Source of the DNA: a virus
Taxonomy: Duplodnaviria > Heunggongvirae > Uroviricota > Caudoviricetes
Reading direction: 5' to 3' (one strand)
DNA: 27,080 nt
Virus record (IMG/VR): IMGVR_UViG_2645728048_000018
Numbering within the stretch: position 1 is the first letter of the stretch; the number at the start of each line of letters is the position of its first letter. The translations under genes and the position numbers were made by a program. Below are positions 25,765-27,080 of this stretch, piece after piece. The notes under the pieces were generated by a model. The model was not told the DNA's origin. It saw nothing but the letters and a program-made list of their open reading frames with translations, and ran no database searches.

Positions 25765-26065
25765 AACAATGCCGCCCTGTCGGTCATCAATCCTCTGCTT
25801 AATGGCAACGACAATTATCCGACTTAAATCACAAATCAGACACATGACATAACAGGGCTTGCGAGGTAACACATCGTCCTGTTTCTTCCACCATCGCACC
25901 GGACTGGCGACTATGAGGGGACAACGCCGCGCTCCGTTAACGCGGTAAACCCCGGTGTGTATCGTTTTTGATTATCCCCGCACACTCGCGCAGAGGAGTC
26001 TCCCTGTCGGGCTGCGGTCTCTGTTAATGAGGGAATACAGCGACGATACGGCGCATCAGCAAAAC

Positions 26066-26533
26066 TTAGTTCAGGCACTGAGTGCGGATATAGTCCTGTG
26101 CCCCTTCCAGCTGCTTCTGCATTGTCATCAACCGTTCTCTGAGGATGAAATAATCCCGTTCAGCGGTGTCTGCCAGTCGGGGGCCGGTTGCATTATCCAC
26201 GCCGGAGGTGCCGGTGGCTTCACGCACGGTACCGGAGCAGGTGGCGTTGATCCGCAGGCGCTTACGACCAGCGGCAACATCAGCACGCAGAGTTTCATTT
26301 TCAGCTCTCGCATCGGCTAATTCCCTCGAGTATCTGGCATCAAGTTCAGCGACATCACGCTGGCGTATCTGCATATCAGTAATTGTCGCGTTCGCCAGTT
26401 TCAGCTCACTGACTTTTTTATCGCGCTGCGCTTTGTAGGTGATGGCGTTATCGCGGTAATGATTCAGCCCCAGACTAAGCACACCACAGGCTACCAGCAG
26501 GACAATAATCACCACACACAGAACACGGTTCAT
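26066..26533 (-). CDS. Rz: Rz i-spanin
   Basis: From the ATG at 26533: [39 protein letters not shown]...[47 protein letters not shown], collinear with lambda Rz. Confidence 0.85.
   Translation of the reverse strand: MNRVLCVVIIVLLVACGVLSLGLNHYRDNAITYKAQRDKKVSELKLANATITDMQIRQRDVAELDARYSRELADARAENETLRADVAAGRKRLRINATCSGTVREATGTSGVDNATGPRLADTAERDYFILRERLMTMQKQLEGAQDYIRTQCLN
26128..26298 (-). CDS. Rz1: Rz1 o-spanin lipoprotein, embedded in Rz in the +1 frame
   Basis: [56 protein letters not shown]: lipobox followed by a proline-rich region, matching lambda Rz1 ([27 protein letters not shown]). Confidence 0.8.
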   Translation of the reverse strand: MKLCVLMLPLVVSACGSTPPAPVPCVKPPAPPAWIMQPAPDWQTPLNGIISSSENG

Positions 26534-26534
26534 A

Positions 26535-26621
26535 TCACCACCAACGGATTGCCCAGACCAGAACAGCAATGGCCACAATACGAATGGCAAATGCCATTGC
26601 CCGAATAAGTTCAGCACTCAT
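26535..26621 (-). CDS. Tiny hydrophobic ORF 3 (28 aa) immediately upstream of Rz
   Basis: [28 protein letters not shown]. The stop TGA is 1 nt before the Rz ATG. It is paralogous to the C-terminal part of ORF 2. Confidence 0.3.
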   Translation of the reverse strand: MSAELIRAMAFAIRIVAIAVLVWAIRWW

Positions 26622-26632
26622 CTTTTTAAAGT

Positions 26633-26755
26633 TCACGATTTCAGCGCAATGACCAGTTTTGCCAGCCCATACAGCATCGGAGACACAGCAATACCAACAG
26701 CCACCCACTTAATAGCAAAAGCCAGCGCTCTGCTGATGTCATCAGTCACTGTCAC
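26633..26755 (-). CDS. Tiny hydrophobic ORF 2 (40 aa, GTG start)
   Basis: (V)TVTDDISRALAFAIKWVAVGIAVSPMLYGLAKLVIALKS. The GTG start overlaps the TGA stop of ORF 1 (GTGA coupling). It is the distal part of ORF-track entry 26633..26905. Confidence 0.3.
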   Translation of the reverse strand: MTVTDDISRALAFAIKWVAVGIAVSPMLYGLAKLVIALKS

Positions 26756-26883
26756 CCCAGCAGCCCCGACGAAGACAACATCACCCAGGCGAGGGACAGA
26801 AAAAGAGCAACCAGCATTAGTGAAAATGAAATACCGACAATCACACACAGGACCTTTGCCGGCGTTATGAGTTTGTCTGACAT
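26752..26883 (-). CDS. Tiny hydrophobic ORF 1 (43 aa), holin-like single transmembrane peptide
   Basis: ATG at 26883 preceded by an AAGGGG RBS: MSDKLITPAKVLCVIVGISFSLMLVALFLSLAWVMLSSSGLLG. It is the first ORF downstream of the tR'-like terminator, where a holin gene is expected. Confidence 0.35.
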   Translation of the reverse strand: MSDKLITPAKVLCVIVGISFSLMLVALFLSLAWVMLSSSGLLG

Positions 26884-27044
26884 AGCTACCCCTTAATTGC
26901 CACAATTAACTGGGATACTACCCATAAAAAAGGGATGCTCCAGACCAGCAAAAATTTCCAGTTTGGTAATTGACTAATCATGAGTCGCAACTCCCTAATC
27001 AGTTTGCTAAAATCAATCAAGGCAGCCTCCCATAGCTTACTGCC

Positions 27045-27079
27045 ATAAAAACAAAACCCCGCTTGCTGCCAACAAACGG
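27045..27079 (-). terminator. tR'-like intrinsic terminator at the start of the late operon
   Basis: Minus strand CCCGUUUG-UUGGCAG-CAAGCGGG (one G.U pair) followed by UUUUGUUUUUAU, about 160 nt upstream of the first late ORF. The window edge truncates the context. Confidence 0.4.
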
Positions 27080-27080
27080 G

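Noticed and set aside
25663-25899. 78-aa minus-strand ORF overlapping the start of the TonB-CTD lipoprotein gene
   Set aside because: It overlaps the promoter/operator region and the lipoprotein signal sequence in another frame, with no RBS and odd composition.
26633-26905. 90-aa ORF upstream of Rz treated as one protein (possible holin or endolysin)
   Set aside because: Its N-terminal half is out-of-frame read-through of the region where a well-initiated 43-aa ORF lies in another frame; only its distal 40 aa (GTG start) look like a gene. It is far too small and hydrophobic to be an endolysin.

Overview
This window is the late (right-hand) ~27 kb of a lambdoid prophage, with essentially all genes on the minus strand, so the phage map runs from high to low coordinates. 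Order from 27080 down: a tR'-like terminator at the window edge; a degenerate lysis region (three tiny hydrophobic ORFs, Rz/Rz1, no endolysin); a TonB-C-terminal-domain lipoprotein in the bor/cor moron position; a small YlcI-like ORF on the plus strand; HNH endonuclease; a GTTAAC-palindrome cluster (candidate cos/terminase site); terminase small and large subunits; a prohead-protease/major-capsid fusion; an HK97-family portal with a C-terminal 162-bp tandem-repeat extension; head-tail joining genes; major tail protein; G/G-T chaperones with an A_AAA_AAG slippery site; tape measure; lambda-like M, L, K, I, J; lom; a collagen-like side tail fibre. Beyond the tail fibre lies an AT-rich cargo locus with T3SS effector genes (a frameshifted nleH and an intact nleF), ending at a partial tRNA-Ser 3' segment (205-266) that looks like the prophage att core. 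All protein calls rest on reading the supplied translations against remembered lambda, HK97, TonB and Nle sequences; no database search was run. The most interesting items are the TonB-CTD lipoprotein moron, the endolysin-less lysis region, a candidate small RNA between tail genes I and J, and the portal repeat array.
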